Origin: Longimicrobiales bacterium
Lineage (GTDB): Bacteria > Gemmatimonadota > Gemmatimonadetes > Longimicrobiales > Gaopeijiaceae
DNA length: 64,000 nucleotides
Assembly (NCBI GenBank): GCA_965198065.1
Contig: CBDAON010000004.1
Coordinates: 1,856,001 to 1,920,000 of the forward strand
Direction of reading: 5' to 3'
Positions 8,699 to 18,660 of this stretch are shown here, one piece after another; positions within the stretch are counted from its first letter, which is position 1, and each line of letters opens with the position of its first letter. Under the pieces are notes generated by a model. It saw only the letters and a list, made by a program, of their open reading frames with translations, did not search any database and was not told where the DNA came from. The translations under genes were made by a program, and so were the position numbers.

Positions 8699-10456
8699 AT
8701 GATCGACATCAGGCATCTGAGAACGGGCCTGGCCGTGTGTGCGGTCCTGCTCGTCTCGTCCCTCTTCATGCCCTCGACGGCCGAGGCCCAGGGGGGGCGC
8801 ATCAGGATCCTGGTCGCAAACCTCAAGCCGGAGGACGAAACCGACGAGGACTTCGGTGAGGATCTCTCCGACGAGCTCCGCGACCTCCTCGACCTGGACA
8901 CCCACGTCGCCATGTCCGGACGGGATACCGACGACGCCGCACGCGAGTTCGACTTGCGGCTCGACGGACTGGACTGCCTGCTGGCCCAACAGCTGGCCAC
9001 CCTCATCGAGGTTCAGCTCGTGTTCTGCGGGACGTATCGCACGGAGGGTGACCTGATCCGTTACAGCGGGTCGTTCGTCACCGTGCCGGGCGGAGAGCAA
9101 TTCACGCCGGAGCCCGCCACGGCGCCGGAGAACGAGCCTGAACAGGCGGCCGAGGGGTTCGCGGCCTTCTTCGACGCCACCAGAGATCGGCTTCAGCAGC
9201 TCTCGTTCTGCCAGGTGGACTTTTCCTCCCAGAACTGGGAGGGGGTTCTCCAGTACTGCGCCCGAGCCGTGGAGCTCGCCCCGGATTCCAGGGAGTCGCG
9301 CACGGCTCTGGCTGGAGCCCACCTGGAGCTCGAGCAGTATCCGCAGGCGCTCCTACACTTCGAGATTCTCGTCGAGCAGGATCCATTCAGCTCCACCGCG
9401 CTCCAGGCCGCGGGTCTGGTCGCGCTCCAGCTTCAAGAGCTGGAGAAGGCTCGAGAATACCTCGGGCGGTATCTCGAGCTGAACCCGAGCGACGTGGCCG
9501 CGCGGCTCCAGATTGCCGCGGACCTCGTCGAGCAGGGGGACGACCGCGGGGCTGTCGACCTGATGGCCGCCGGCTTCGAGCACAGCCCGGACAACATCGA
9601 GCTGCGTCTCCAGCACGGAAACAACGCGTTCCGGGCCGCCTTGGAGCTCCAGGCGCGGCAGCCACAGCCGGCCGCCGGCCAGCCCCCGACGACCCTGACA
9701 CCTGAGGTCGCCGACCTCCTCCAGGAGGCTTTGGCCTCTTTGGAGGTGGCCCTGGCTGCGCTCGGCGTAGACATGGAGCCCCAGGGCGTGGTCAACATGA
9801 TGCGGGGATACCTCCAGCTTGACGACGCAACCGAGGCGGCGGGCCTGGGTGAGCGGGGCTTGATACTCTTCCCCGACAACGCGGCGATCCTGAACGAGCT
9901 TTCGGTATCTTACCAGCGCGCCGGGATGCTCGACGAGTCCGTCGCCGCCATCACCCGCGCTCTCGAGATCCAGCCCGACCTGCCTAGGGCCCGGGTCCGC
10001 ACGGCGACCTACCTGCTCGAGGCCGGCCGCCCAGACGACGCCGTGCAATGGATCCAGCAGGCGGCCCAGGCGCAGGAGGTCCCGGCCGATGAGCTGGCCA
10101 CGACGCTGTTCTTCCACGGATACACCGAGGGGGTCGAGAGAGGGAATTCCGCGATGGGGATCCGCCTCTTCACAGCCGCAAAGGGACTGTCGGACGTCTC
10201 CCCCGCCGTGCTGTCGCAGCTCAACCTCTTCCACGCGCTGGCGCTGTTCACGCCGCCGAACGAGTTCCTTCGGGAGAACCAGACGGTCAGGGCGTGCGAC
10301 GAGCACCAGGCGGCCCTGGACGAGGCCGCCGAGCTGTTCCCGCAGGGCCAGCTCTACGGCGATCAGCAAGGGATGGACGTGGAGCAGCTGATCTTGGCCA
10401 CGGCAGCATTCCAGGAGATGTGCGCCGTGATTCGCGAGCAGGCGCAGCGCGGCTGA
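8699..10456 (+). CDS. Secreted tetratricopeptide-repeat protein
   Basis: Signal peptide ending AEA; TPR-like helices (RAVELAPD, RYLELNPSD, RALEIQPD). Confidence 0.8.
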   Translation: MIDIRHLRTGLAVCAVLLVSSLFMPSTAEAQGGRIRILVANLKPEDETDEDFGEDLSDELRDLLDLDTHVAMSGRDTDDAAREFDLRLDGLDCLLAQQLATLIEVQLVFCGTYRTEGDLIRYSGSFVTVPGGEQFTPEPATAPENEPEQAAEGFAAFFDATRDRLQQLSFCQVDFSSQNWEGVLQYCARAVELAPDSRESRTALAGAHLELEQYPQALLHFEILVEQDPFSSTALQAAGLVALQLQELEKAREYLGRYLELNPSDVAARLQIAADLVEQGDDRGAVDLMAAGFEHSPDNIELRLQHGNNAFRAALELQARQPQPAAGQPPTTLTPEVADLLQEALASLEVALAALGVDMEPQGVVNMMRGYLQLDDATEAAGLGERGLILFPDNAAILNELSVSYQRAGMLDESVAAITRALEIQPDLPRARVRTATYLLEAGRPDDAVQWIQQAAQAQEVPADELATTLFFHGYTEGVERGNSAMGIRLFTAAKGLSDVSPAVLSQLNLFHALALFTPPNEFLRENQTVRACDEHQAALDEAAELFPQGQLYGDQQGMDVEQLILATAAFQEMCAVIREQAQRG

Positions 10457-10504
10457 GCCGACCTGGCGGCTCGCCCAGCGCCGTCTGGCGCCAAACGGAT
10501 AGCA

Positions 10505-10544
10505 ACAACGGGGCGCCCCGCGGTCTTCCGCGGCGCCCCGTTGT
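10505..10544 (+). terminator. Hairpin downstream of the TPR gene
   Basis: acaacggggcgcc...ggcgccccgttgt, 13-bp perfect arms. Confidence 0.55.
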
Positions 10545-10700
10545 CGTCACGGAGCCATGACGACGTAGCGAAGCCCACGTCCCACGGGGTCCCGGCGTGG
10601 CGGGCCGAGAAGCCGCCGACTTGATCTGGAGCGGCGGACCCCAATAAGATTCCCCCACTCACGAGCCAGGCAGAAACCGGTTGCGAACGGAGGCAAGCAG

Positions 10701-11423
10701 ATGACAATCCAACGGTTGCGGACACCCTTTGCCTTGCTGCTGGTTACCGCGATCGCTGCGGTAGGCTGCGGAGGAGACACGGGCGAGGAAGCCGCGTCGC
10801 CGGATACGATCGCGCCGGCTGATACGATGCCGATCAACCCGCTGCTCTTTCCAGGGTCGGGCGATCTCACGCAGACTGCCCCCGGCACGTTCCGCGCGCG
10901 ATTCGAGACGACGGCGGGCGAGTTCGTGGTCGAGGTCTACCGGGAATGGTCACCCAACGGCGCCGACCGGTTCTACAACCTGGTAAACGGCGGCTACTAC
11001 GACGGTGTTCGTTTCTTCCGGGTGATCAGCGGTTTCATGGCGCAGTTCGGGATCCACGCCGAACCGGCAGTGAGTGCCCAGTGGAGAGTCGCGATGATCC
11101 CGGACGATCCCGTCGTCGAGAGCAACACCCGCGGAATACTGAGCTTCGCGAAGTCGAGCGTTCCCGACTCGAGGACGACCCAGGTGTTCATTAACCTGGT
11201 CAACAACTCGGGGTTGGATGAGATGGGATTCTCGCCGTTCGGAGAGGTGGTGTCTGGCATGGATGTCGTCGATCAGCTGTACAACGCGTACGGGGACGGA
11301 CCACCCGGAGGAGAGGGGCCCGAGCAGGGTCGCATCATTGCCGAAGGGGAGGGATACCTCGCCGAGAGCTTCCCGGAGCTCGACCAGGTGATCCAGGCGA
11401 CAATCGAGGCGGGAGGAGCGTAA
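10701..11423 (+). CDS. Cyclophilin-type peptidyl-prolyl isomerase, lipoprotein
   Basis: Lipobox AVGC; FFRVISGFMAQFG, NTRGILSFA, RTTQVFINL, FSPFGEV. Confidence 0.92.
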   Translation: MTIQRLRTPFALLLVTAIAAVGCGGDTGEEAASPDTIAPADTMPINPLLFPGSGDLTQTAPGTFRARFETTAGEFVVEVYREWSPNGADRFYNLVNGGYYDGVRFFRVISGFMAQFGIHAEPAVSAQWRVAMIPDDPVVESNTRGILSFAKSSVPDSRTTQVFINLVNNSGLDEMGFSPFGEVVSGMDVVDQLYNAYGDGPPGGEGPEQGRIIAEGEGYLAESFPELDQVIQATIEAGGA

Positions 11424-11466
11424 ACAGGGCGGAGGTGTGGCGGCCGTCTCACCCGATTTGGCCGCG

Positions 11467-11859
11467 CTAGAACATGGCCCCGAGCACTTCCACCCCTGCC
11501 CCCTTCGCCTGGTCGGCGGCCTCGACCACGGTACCGTAGGGGACCAAGGGATTGACCTTCACGAACAGCAGCTTGTCAGGCCGGTTCGAGAAGATGTCGA
11601 ACAACCGGGCCTGGAGCTGCCCGGCCGGAACGGGCGCGGTGTTGATCGCGAATCCCCCGGGCTCAATCTCCAGGATGATCATGGGCGGCGGCGTTCCCTC
11701 GGGTTCCTCCTCGATCGGCACCTGGATGTCGATGCTCTTCTGAAGCAAGGGCTGGATCACGAGGAAGATCACGAGAAGCACGAGCAACACGTCGATCATC
11801 GGGGTCACGTTGATCTCGTACATGTCCTGTTGCCCGGAATTGCCTACGGCCATTGACAT
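11467..11859 (-). CDS. exbD: ExbD/TolR family biopolymer transporter
   Basis: EINVTPMIDVLLVLLVIF. Confidence 0.9.
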   Translation of the reverse strand: MSMAVGNSGQQDMYEINVTPMIDVLLVLLVIFLVIQPLLQKSIDIQVPIEEEPEGTPPPMIILEIEPGGFAINTAPVPAGQLQARLFDIFSNRPDKLLFVKVNPLVPYGTVVEAADQAKGAGVEVLGAMF

Positions 11860-11906
11860 GGCTCAATCCCTCACCTGATTCGGGTTCGTCGCCTTGTCCG
11901 ATCCGG

Positions 11907-12356
11907 CTACTCGATCTGCTCGATCATGGGCGACTCGCTGACCGCGGCCACCACCCGCACTCCCGCGTCGCGCGCGATCTCCATGAGCTCCACGATGTCT
12001 CCGTACGGCAGCCTCCGATCGGCCTTGAGGAACAGCACCTTGTCGTCGGGATGCCGGACCATGAACTCCTCCTGAAGGAGCCGAAGCGCGTCCTCCTTCA
12101 GCATGGGCGACTTGTTCAGGTAATAGTCCCCGTTCACGTCGATCCCAAACTCGGTGCGCTCCTGGTCGTCCGGCCGTTCCTTCAGGTTCTGGCCCACCGG
12201 AAGCTGCGCCTCAAACCCCGCCAGGAGCGTGGGCGTTACGACCATGAAGATGATGAGCAGCACCAGCATCACGTCCACCATCGGCGTGACGTTGATTTCC
12301 CCCATGGTGCCCACCTCCTCCCAGGGGGCCTTCTTCTTCTTCCTTTCCTTTGCCAT
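11907..12356 (-). CDS. exbD: ExbD/TolR family biopolymer transporter
   Basis: EINVTPMVDVMLVLLIIFMV; LKADRRLPYG. Confidence 0.9.
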   Translation of the reverse strand: MAKERKKKKAPWEEVGTMGEINVTPMVDVMLVLLIIFMVVTPTLLAGFEAQLPVGQNLKERPDDQERTEFGIDVNGDYYLNKSPMLKEDALRLLQEEFMVRHPDDKVLFLKADRRLPYGDIVELMEIARDAGVRVVAAVSESPMIEQIE

Positions 12357-12365
12357 GGACGTCTC

Positions 12366-13136
12366 CTATCTGGCCTGATCCATCGCAACCGCACCCTCTC
12401 CGCCAGCAGGGGCGTGTCCGCCTCCGCCCAAGCCACTGGCCGCGGCCGCGGCCGCGCTATGCCCACCCATCGCGTAGGCCTGCAGATAGTCCAGGAACTC
12501 CCGTGTCGTGTACGAGACCTCCATGGACAATCGCTCCACCTGGTTCACGAAGTAGTTGTACAGCCACACCGCGGGAATCGCAACGATAAGCCCGATGGCC
12601 GTAACGATCAGCGCCTCCGCGATACCCGCCGAAACCGCAGCGAGCCCGCCGGAGCCCGAAGCCGCGATTCCGGTGAAGGCGTTCACGACGCCGAGCACCG
12701 TTCCGAGCAGCCCCACGAACGGCGCGGTCGCGCCCGTCGTGGCCAGAATTCCGAGCCCACGCCGGAAGTTGGCGATCTGCTCGATTCCGTTCAGCTCGAT
12801 AATGCGCTGAGCCGTGTCGACATCCTCCATCGTGAGCTTCTTGTTGGGCGACCCGAGATCGAGGGTCTTGAGAACGCGGCGGAAGAGCGCGGCCACGTGG
12901 CTCTTCGCGTTCTGCTTCGCCGAGAGGAGATTCTCGGCCTCCACAAAGTCAGGCTTGGCCAACGCGGCACTGAAGGGCCCCGAGAACCGGACGGTCGCCT
13001 TCCGCGAGGTGCGAAACTCGAGGATCTTCCGGATCGAGATAGCAATGACCATGAGGGACATGAAGATAAGGACGTACACGATTCCCCTCACGAACCACCC
13101 CATCTGTCCCCACATCTCAATTAACGAGACATTCAT
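12366..13136 (-). CDS. exbB: MotA/TolQ/ExbB proton channel
   Basis: ATAPFVGLLGTVLG, GIAEALIVTAIGL, AIPAVWLYNYF. Confidence 0.92.
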   Translation of the reverse strand: MNVSLIEMWGQMGWFVRGIVYVLIFMSLMVIAISIRKILEFRTSRKATVRFSGPFSAALAKPDFVEAENLLSAKQNAKSHVAALFRRVLKTLDLGSPNKKLTMEDVDTAQRIIELNGIEQIANFRRGLGILATTGATAPFVGLLGTVLGVVNAFTGIAASGSGGLAAVSAGIAEALIVTAIGLIVAIPAVWLYNYFVNQVERLSMEVSYTTREFLDYLQAYAMGGHSAAAAAASGLGGGGHAPAGGEGAVAMDQAR

Positions 13137-13212
13137 CGGTACTCCTCGTCGGCTGTTGGTCTGTCTCTACACTGCGTGCGCCTGCGCCGGAGTCATCGAA
13201 CCGACGCGCGGC

Positions 13213-13992
13213 TCACTGCGTGACCGTCTCGAACGTGATCGGAATCGCGATCCACACCGGTACCCGCTCTGCCCGGTTCAACGCGGGCGTGAACTCGAAA
13301 ATGGCGGCAATCCTCAGGGCCGCCTCGTCGAGCTGCGGGTAACCCGAGCTCGAGTTGACCTGCACCTGCTCCGTGACGCCCTCATCGTTGATGAAGAACC
13401 ACATCATGACCGTCCCGCCGATCCCCGAATCCCGAAGGAGCTGGGGATACTCCCGCATCAGGGCCGCGCCCACCTCCGCCCGATTCCTCAGCTCGGGCGC
13501 GGTCTCGTACGGAGTGAACGTGGGGGCGGCAGCGATGTCACGCTGGGTCAGGGTGTCAGCCGACGCCGAGAGCGTCGCCATCTGCGCGACGCCGATCCCC
13601 GAGAAATCCGCGTCCGTGAGCCGGAACTCGAAGTTGGGCGGCGGGATGTCGGGCGGCACGATCGTCGGGGCCGTGAGCACGGTAAACCCGACCGGCGGAG
13701 GAGCGGGAACGTCCACCTCCGGCGGGGGGGGGGGCGGGGGAGGCGTAGATTCGGGAATCTCGATGAACGTGATCTCTTCCTCCTCTTCCTCCGCGGTACC
13801 TGAGTTTATCGTTGCCATGATCAGGCCGGCTCCGACGGCGCCGTGGAAGGCGGCGGAGAAGAGGGTCCCCGGCACAGATTTGGCCAGCCCGCGTTTCGGC
13901 TGGCTGGCAAGGAGATTGCCGAACATCGGTACTTCGGCCCCGTCGTCCACTGCCGGTCGCTTCTTCACGTCCTGCTTACGTGAGTTAGTCAC
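13213..13992 (-). CDS. tonB: TonB family energy transducer
   Basis: GTG after a GGAGGAG RBS; TM helix SAAFHG, Pro-rich linker, C-terminal domain YPQLLRDSGIGGTV..SSGYPQLDEAAL..FTPA. Confidence 0.88.
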   Translation of the reverse strand: MTNSRKQDVKKRPAVDDGAEVPMFGNLLASQPKRGLAKSVPGTLFSAAFHGAVGAGLIMATINSGTAEEEEEEITFIEIPESTPPPPPPPPEVDVPAPPPVGFTVLTAPTIVPPDIPPPNFEFRLTDADFSGIGVAQMATLSASADTLTQRDIAAAPTFTPYETAPELRNRAEVGAALMREYPQLLRDSGIGGTVMMWFFINDEGVTEQVQVNSSSGYPQLDEAALRIAAIFEFTPALNRAERVPVWIAIPITFETVTQ

Positions 13993-14213
13993 CTGCTCCT
14001 CCCGTCGGCTGTGGGTGCCCGGGCACGCCGGCCTTCCGCCGACTCGGATCGCACTCCGGGAGCGCTCCGCCACAGGGGCGAATGTGCTCATGCGTCCCCA
14101 CCGCGGAGCAGGCAACTCGAGAGGACGGAGCTCCGGGAGTCACCATCCTACGAGGGCGAACATGAATAAGTTAGGACCCGCCGTGGGTCAAGGCAACCAT
14201 TCCTCGGGCCCCG

Positions 14214-15548
14214 ATGAGCGCCCCGATGCGGGCGGGATTGACGACTTTTCCCCGATCGGGTATCGTTCCACGACAGACCCCGAAAGGCTTTTCCGAACCC
14301 CCCGAGGCGACCTTGCCGATCTTCGGCCGGTCCCGGCCGCTCCTGCTCGCATCGCAGTGCGTAGCGGTGTTCTGCCTCGCGTCGTGCGAAATAGGCCCGA
14401 GGGGCCCCGCCGTCGTCGTTCGAGACAGTCTCGGCATCCAGATCGTCGAAAGCGACCCAGAGCAGCCGGCCTGGGGCGGCGCCGAGTGGCAAGTGGCCGA
14501 GACGCCGCTCTTGCAGCTCGGTAACATCCCCGGAGATGCGGACCATCTGCTCTATCGCGTCGGGCATTCGATCCGGCTCGCGAGCGGGGCCATCGCGGTG
14601 GCAAACACAGGCTTCGGCGATGTGCGCATCTTCGACGAAGGCGGCGTCCTTCTTCGAACCCTGCAGATGCCGATCACGGTGGAGGGCACGGTCAATCCAC
14701 TCCGCCTTCACGAGCTGCCCGGCGACACTCTGCTGGTTTTCCTCGCGGACCGCACCCTTTCGGTGTTCGACGCCGAGGGGAGCCTCGTACGAAGGTCCGC
14801 TCCGATAGCGACGGACGTGATGTCCGATCCGCCACCCGAGCTCGCCGGGATCCTTGAAGACGGCACGATGATCATCCGCAGCCACCCCCCCGAGAGCCCG
14901 ACGGGTCCGGGCGTCGCGTGGACCCACCTAGAGTTGCTCAGATACAGTTCGGGAGGCGCGCCGCTGGGATCGCTCGGGCTCTTCGAGGACGTTGCCATTA
15001 TACCGGGGGACGAGGAGCTGATGTTCGGGCCCAGGGGCTTGCAAGCCGTGGGCGACTCCACGATCTGGCACGGCACGAGCGAGAGCTTCGAGATCCGTGA
15101 GACCAGCCCCGAACCGTCGCTCCGACGGATCGTCCGCCTGAACAGTCCCGTCGTAGAAGTGGTCCAGGTGGACACCGCGACCGTCGGGCAGGCCGCGTTC
15201 CGCCAGTTGTCCAACAACATGGAAGACAGCATCGCCCAACGCATCGTCGAATCCTACCGCTACGCCGAGACGTTTCCGGCGTATTCCGACATGGTCGTGG
15301 ACCGCCTGGGGAACGTATGGATGAGGGCGTACCAGTGGTTCAACTTCGGTGCTCCCATGAGATGGTCCGTGTTCGATCCCGCGGGACGGTTCCTGGGCGA
15401 CGTCGAACTCCCCTCGCAGCTGGAGGTTCACGAGATCGGCGACGATTACGTCCTAGGTCGCATCGCGAACGATCGGGGGGTCGAGGCCGTCTATCTCTAT
15501 ACGATCACCAAGCCGGCCCCGCCCCCTCCCGAAGGCGCGACGCCGTAG
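14214..15548 (+). CDS. Hypothetical exported protein, probable 6-bladed beta-propeller; start uncertain
   Basis: VVRDSLGIQIVE N-terminus, VDRLGNVW, WSVFDPAGRFLG, IGDDYVLG pattern. Confidence 0.7.
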   Translation: MSAPMRAGLTTFPRSGIVPRQTPKGFSEPPEATLPIFGRSRPLLLASQCVAVFCLASCEIGPRGPAVVVRDSLGIQIVESDPEQPAWGGAEWQVAETPLLQLGNIPGDADHLLYRVGHSIRLASGAIAVANTGFGDVRIFDEGGVLLRTLQMPITVEGTVNPLRLHELPGDTLLVFLADRTLSVFDAEGSLVRRSAPIATDVMSDPPPELAGILEDGTMIIRSHPPESPTGPGVAWTHLELLRYSSGGAPLGSLGLFEDVAIIPGDEELMFGPRGLQAVGDSTIWHGTSESFEIRETSPEPSLRRIVRLNSPVVEVVQVDTATVGQAAFRQLSNNMEDSIAQRIVESYRYAETFPAYSDMVVDRLGNVWMRAYQWFNFGAPMRWSVFDPAGRFLGDVELPSQLEVHEIGDDYVLGRIANDRGVEAVYLYTITKPAPPPPEGATP

Positions 15549-15615
15549 ATCGCGAGGCCGCAGCTTCCGCCATCCCACTTGGCGTCCCCACGCCCCTCCC
15601 AAAGCGATCGGGCCC

Positions 15616-16053
15616 CTACTTCTCGAACACGAGGACCGTCGGGCCCTCCTCCTCATATTCCTCCACGGTCACCGTGATCCTTTCCCCGTCGATCACACCG
15701 ATCGTCGTTTCGTCTTCCTCAATGAACGTGATCTGGTTTCCGGAGACGGTGTAGGTTCTCGTGCCGCCCTCCGTCTCCGTCATCACGTTGCCCTCTTCGC
15801 TCGTCCGATACAGAACGGTGCCGGAAAAGGTGTTGTCGGAGAGCAACGTGAGAGAGCCCGAGAGTACCTCCTCCGTGTACCCCGGCTCCTCGTACACGAC
15901 GGCGGGGATCGGGGAGCCGTTGACACTTACCAGCGTGTACGTCCCGGTGATGCCGCCGTCCTGGGTTCCGGTGCCGGCATCGTCGCAGGCGAGGGCGGCC
16001 GAAGCAACGAGCGCGAGGGCGAGTGGAACACGAAGCAGCCTTGGGCGCGCCAT
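15616..16053 (-). CDS. Lipoprotein, lipocalin-like beta fold
   Basis: Lipobox ALAC; GTYTLVSVNG motif. Confidence 0.7.
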   Translation of the reverse strand: MARPRLLRVPLALALVASAALACDDAGTGTQDGGITGTYTLVSVNGSPIPAVVYEEPGYTEEVLSGSLTLLSDNTFSGTVLYRTSEEGNVMTETEGGTRTYTVSGNQITFIEEDETTIGVIDGERITVTVEEYEEEGPTVLVFEK

Positions 16054-16210
16054 TGCTTCCTCCGGGCCCGGGGGCAGGTGGGTAGCGGTGACGGGGCGAA
16101 GATCACGCGCCAGCTTCAGGACCGGGCCAACGCAACATGGGAAGACTCGGTGCCCGGGGCCACCTCGATTCCTCGTTACCTAACTCCGTGCTACGGGCAC
16201 CCATTCGGTG

Positions 16211-17413
16211 CTACGGCGCCGACTCCGTACTACGGCTGGAGGAAGGCGGATCATTCTGCGCCGGTGGACCGGCCGCCTCAATTCCACGTGGCCGCGGAGC
16301 CAGCGACAGGCCCGCACCCTCCAGGCCCTTCAGGTAGACATCTCTCTTCGGGTACGGGATCTCGATGCCCTCTCGATCGAAGGTCCCCTTGACCCGCTCC
16401 GTGATTTGGTCGGCCACGATACGCCGGTCTCGCGCGTCCCGAATCCACACCCGGAGCTCGAGGTTCACGGCGGAGTCGCCGAAGGCTCGGACGATCACGA
16501 CGGGGTCGGGGTCGGACTGGACGCCCTCGACGCCCTCGACCGACTCGAGGATGAGCGCCTTCGCGCGGCTCACGTTGGCGTCGTACGCGATGCCGAACGG
16601 GATGCGAAGACGGATGTGCGCCCCCGACGCCGAGTAGTTCACGATGTCCCGGCGCATGATCTCGTTGTTGGGGATAAGGATCACGATGTTGTCTGGGTTC
16701 CGGATCTTCGTGGCGCGCAGGCCTATCTCGATGACGTCACCCCAGCTTCCGGTCTCCCCCGGAGCGGTCCAGAGCTCGATTCGGTCACCTACCCGGAAAG
16801 GACGGTCCATGATGAGGAGGACCCCGGCGATGAGATTCGACAGGGTGTCCTGCGCGGCGAGGGAGACGGCGAGACCCAACACCCCCGCCCCCGCTAAGAG
16901 TGGCGTGATGTTGATCCCCAGGAAGTCCAGCGCCACGAGCACGCCGACGGCCAGGACCACGAACTGCACGATCCGGTTCAGCAGGGGCAAGGCCGTTTCG
17001 TCCAGCGGCGTGATGACGCCCCTGCCCACCCTCCGCTCGATGTATTCGAGCCCCGCGGACACCAGGCCCGCGACCGGGAGCGATAGGGCCGCGATCCAGA
17101 CGGCCCCCACGGTTCGGGCAACTCCAGGCAACTCCCACGCGATGGCGATCCGCCAGCCCGCCCAGAACCAGATCGAGATCAGGAAACCACGACGCACGGC
17201 CTGGAGGATCGCGTCGTCCACCTCCGTGGCCGTCCGCTGAACGAATCCGGACGCCAGGCGCCGGGCGAAGAAGCTCACCCCCTTGTGCGTCACGGCAGCC
17301 AGCAGGAGGATCCCGACACTCACCCCGATCCGGGGAAGCGCAAACGCCCTAGCTCGCTCGAAGAAGGCGGCCACGTCCGCCTGGGTCCATTCGAAGCCGA
17401 AGATCTCCATCAC
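16211..17413 (-). CDS. mscS: MscS family mechanosensitive channel
   Basis: LAGAGVLGLAVSLAAQDTLSNLIAG, DRPFRVGDRI, IGLRATKIR, GIEIPYP. Confidence 0.92.
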   Translation of the reverse strand: MMEIFGFEWTQADVAAFFERARAFALPRIGVSVGILLLAAVTHKGVSFFARRLASGFVQRTATEVDDAILQAVRRGFLISIWFWAGWRIAIAWELPGVARTVGAVWIAALSLPVAGLVSAGLEYIERRVGRGVITPLDETALPLLNRIVQFVVLAVGVLVALDFLGINITPLLAGAGVLGLAVSLAAQDTLSNLIAGVLLIMDRPFRVGDRIELWTAPGETGSWGDVIEIGLRATKIRNPDNIVILIPNNEIMRRDIVNYSASGAHIRLRIPFGIAYDANVSRAKALILESVEGVEGVQSDPDPVVIVRAFGDSAVNLELRVWIRDARDRRIVADQITERVKGTFDREGIEIPYPKRDVYLKGLEGAGLSLAPRPRGIEAAGPPAQNDPPSSSRSTESAP

Positions 17414-17444
17414 GACGTCGCGACGTCCCCCCGCGCCCCTCGCT

Positions 17445-17600
17445 CTAGGCCCCGCCCTGCTCCACCAGCCGGGCGGCGATGGAGCACTCTTCCGCCGTGG
17501 TAAAGAACCGGCTCACTGCATCCACTCCGATCACGTACGCCTGCGGATCGCTCGGACCGCCGCACTGGAGCGCACGACGAGTCCAGGTTACTCCGATCAT
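17445..17600 (-). pseudogene. Possible C-terminal shard of a metallo-beta-lactamase-fold hydrolase
   Basis: DPQAYVIGVDAVSRFFTTAEECSIAARL resembles, from memory, C-termini of B3-like MBL-fold proteins; catalytic part absent. Confidence 0.3.
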
Positions 17601-17659
17601 ACTGCCTTCCGGTGCGCCACACGATCCCGAACGGGTCCCGTCGGACGCCGGGGACGCGG

Positions 17660-18328
17660 TCACCGGAACGAGGCGATCTCTTGGAGCGTCTTCTTCGTGA
17701 TGCTCGGGACGACGGCACCCTCGGCCGGGTAGCCCACGACCAGGAGGAGGAAGGGTCGCTCGTTCTCTGGCCTGTCCAAGATCTCGTTCAGGAAACCCAT
17801 GGGGCTCGGTGTGTGCGTGAGCGTAGCGAGACCGGCCCGGTGAAGCCCCGTGATCAGAACACCCGTGGCAATTCCCACCGACTCTCGCACGTAGTAGCTC
17901 TTGAGCTTCCGCCCCTGTTCGAGCTGGTAGGCCTGGGCGAAGATCGCGATCAGGAGCGGGGCACGTTCCAGGAACTCCTTCTCATCGTGAGTACCCAGCG
18001 GAGCCAGCGCCTCCAGCCACTCCTTGGGCGCCCGGTTCTCGTAGAAGTCGCGCTCCTCCTTCTCGGCCGCCCGGCGTATTCGCCGCTTGACGCCCGGGTC
18101 GCGCACCACCGCGAAGTGCCACGGCTGACGGTTCGCTCCGCTGGGGGCAGAGCCCGCGGCCTCGATGCAGAGCTCGATCACCCGGGCCGGCACCAGCTCG
18201 TCGGAGTAGTGGCGAACGGTACGCCGACGGCGCAAGTCATCACGAAACGCCTTCGCACGCGCGACCATCTCGGCCTCGTCGAGTCGTACGTACGTCGTGA
18301 GCGGCATCGGCCGATAGGAGGAAGTCAT
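17660..18328 (-). CDS. Nitroreductase-family flavoprotein, iodotyrosine deiodinase-like
   Basis: [57 protein letters not shown]. Confidence 0.85.
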   Translation of the reverse strand: MTSSYRPMPLTTYVRLDEAEMVARAKAFRDDLRRRRTVRHYSDELVPARVIELCIEAAGSAPSGANRQPWHFAVVRDPGVKRRIRRAAEKEERDFYENRAPKEWLEALAPLGTHDEKEFLERAPLLIAIFAQAYQLEQGRKLKSYYVRESVGIATGVLITGLHRAGLATLTHTPSPMGFLNEILDRPENERPFLLLVVGYPAEGAVVPSITKKTLQEIASFR

Positions 18329-18447
18329 CGCCTGATACGCGGGTCGAAGTCCGTGGGGCAGGGTCACATTCAGGTCACGTCCGGTATCTAGGCGATGCCG
18401 GATCTCGATGCCAGGGAGGCCGATCCCAGCGATGTGGGCACAGACCC

Positions 18448-18484
18448 TCCGTGATAGCTTCCCGTGTACTGATACTGGTCGGAG
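18448..18484 (-). repeat. Exact 37-nt inverted copy of cyclase gene segment 31680-31716
   Basis: Reverse complement ctccgaccagtatcagtacacgggaagctatcacgga is identical to 31680-31716. Confidence 0.93.
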
Positions 18485-18660
18485 CCCCCCCCCGATCCCG
18501 GATCGAGCGTCGCGGCCCACCGGCGTGAGACGCCGAGCGGAGCGCGGCGGCCGGTGTCATCCCCGTCCCTGGAACCAGGGGACTTGAGAGGCTTCCAAAG
18601 AGGCGGTACTGTGACGCGAGCCGTCGAGCGCTTGTCATACCCGGTCAAAGGAGCCTTCCC

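Noticed and set aside
13721..13742. Phase-variable G-tract in tonB
   Set aside because: It encodes the normal poly-proline linker and the frame is intact; no evidence of variation is visible.
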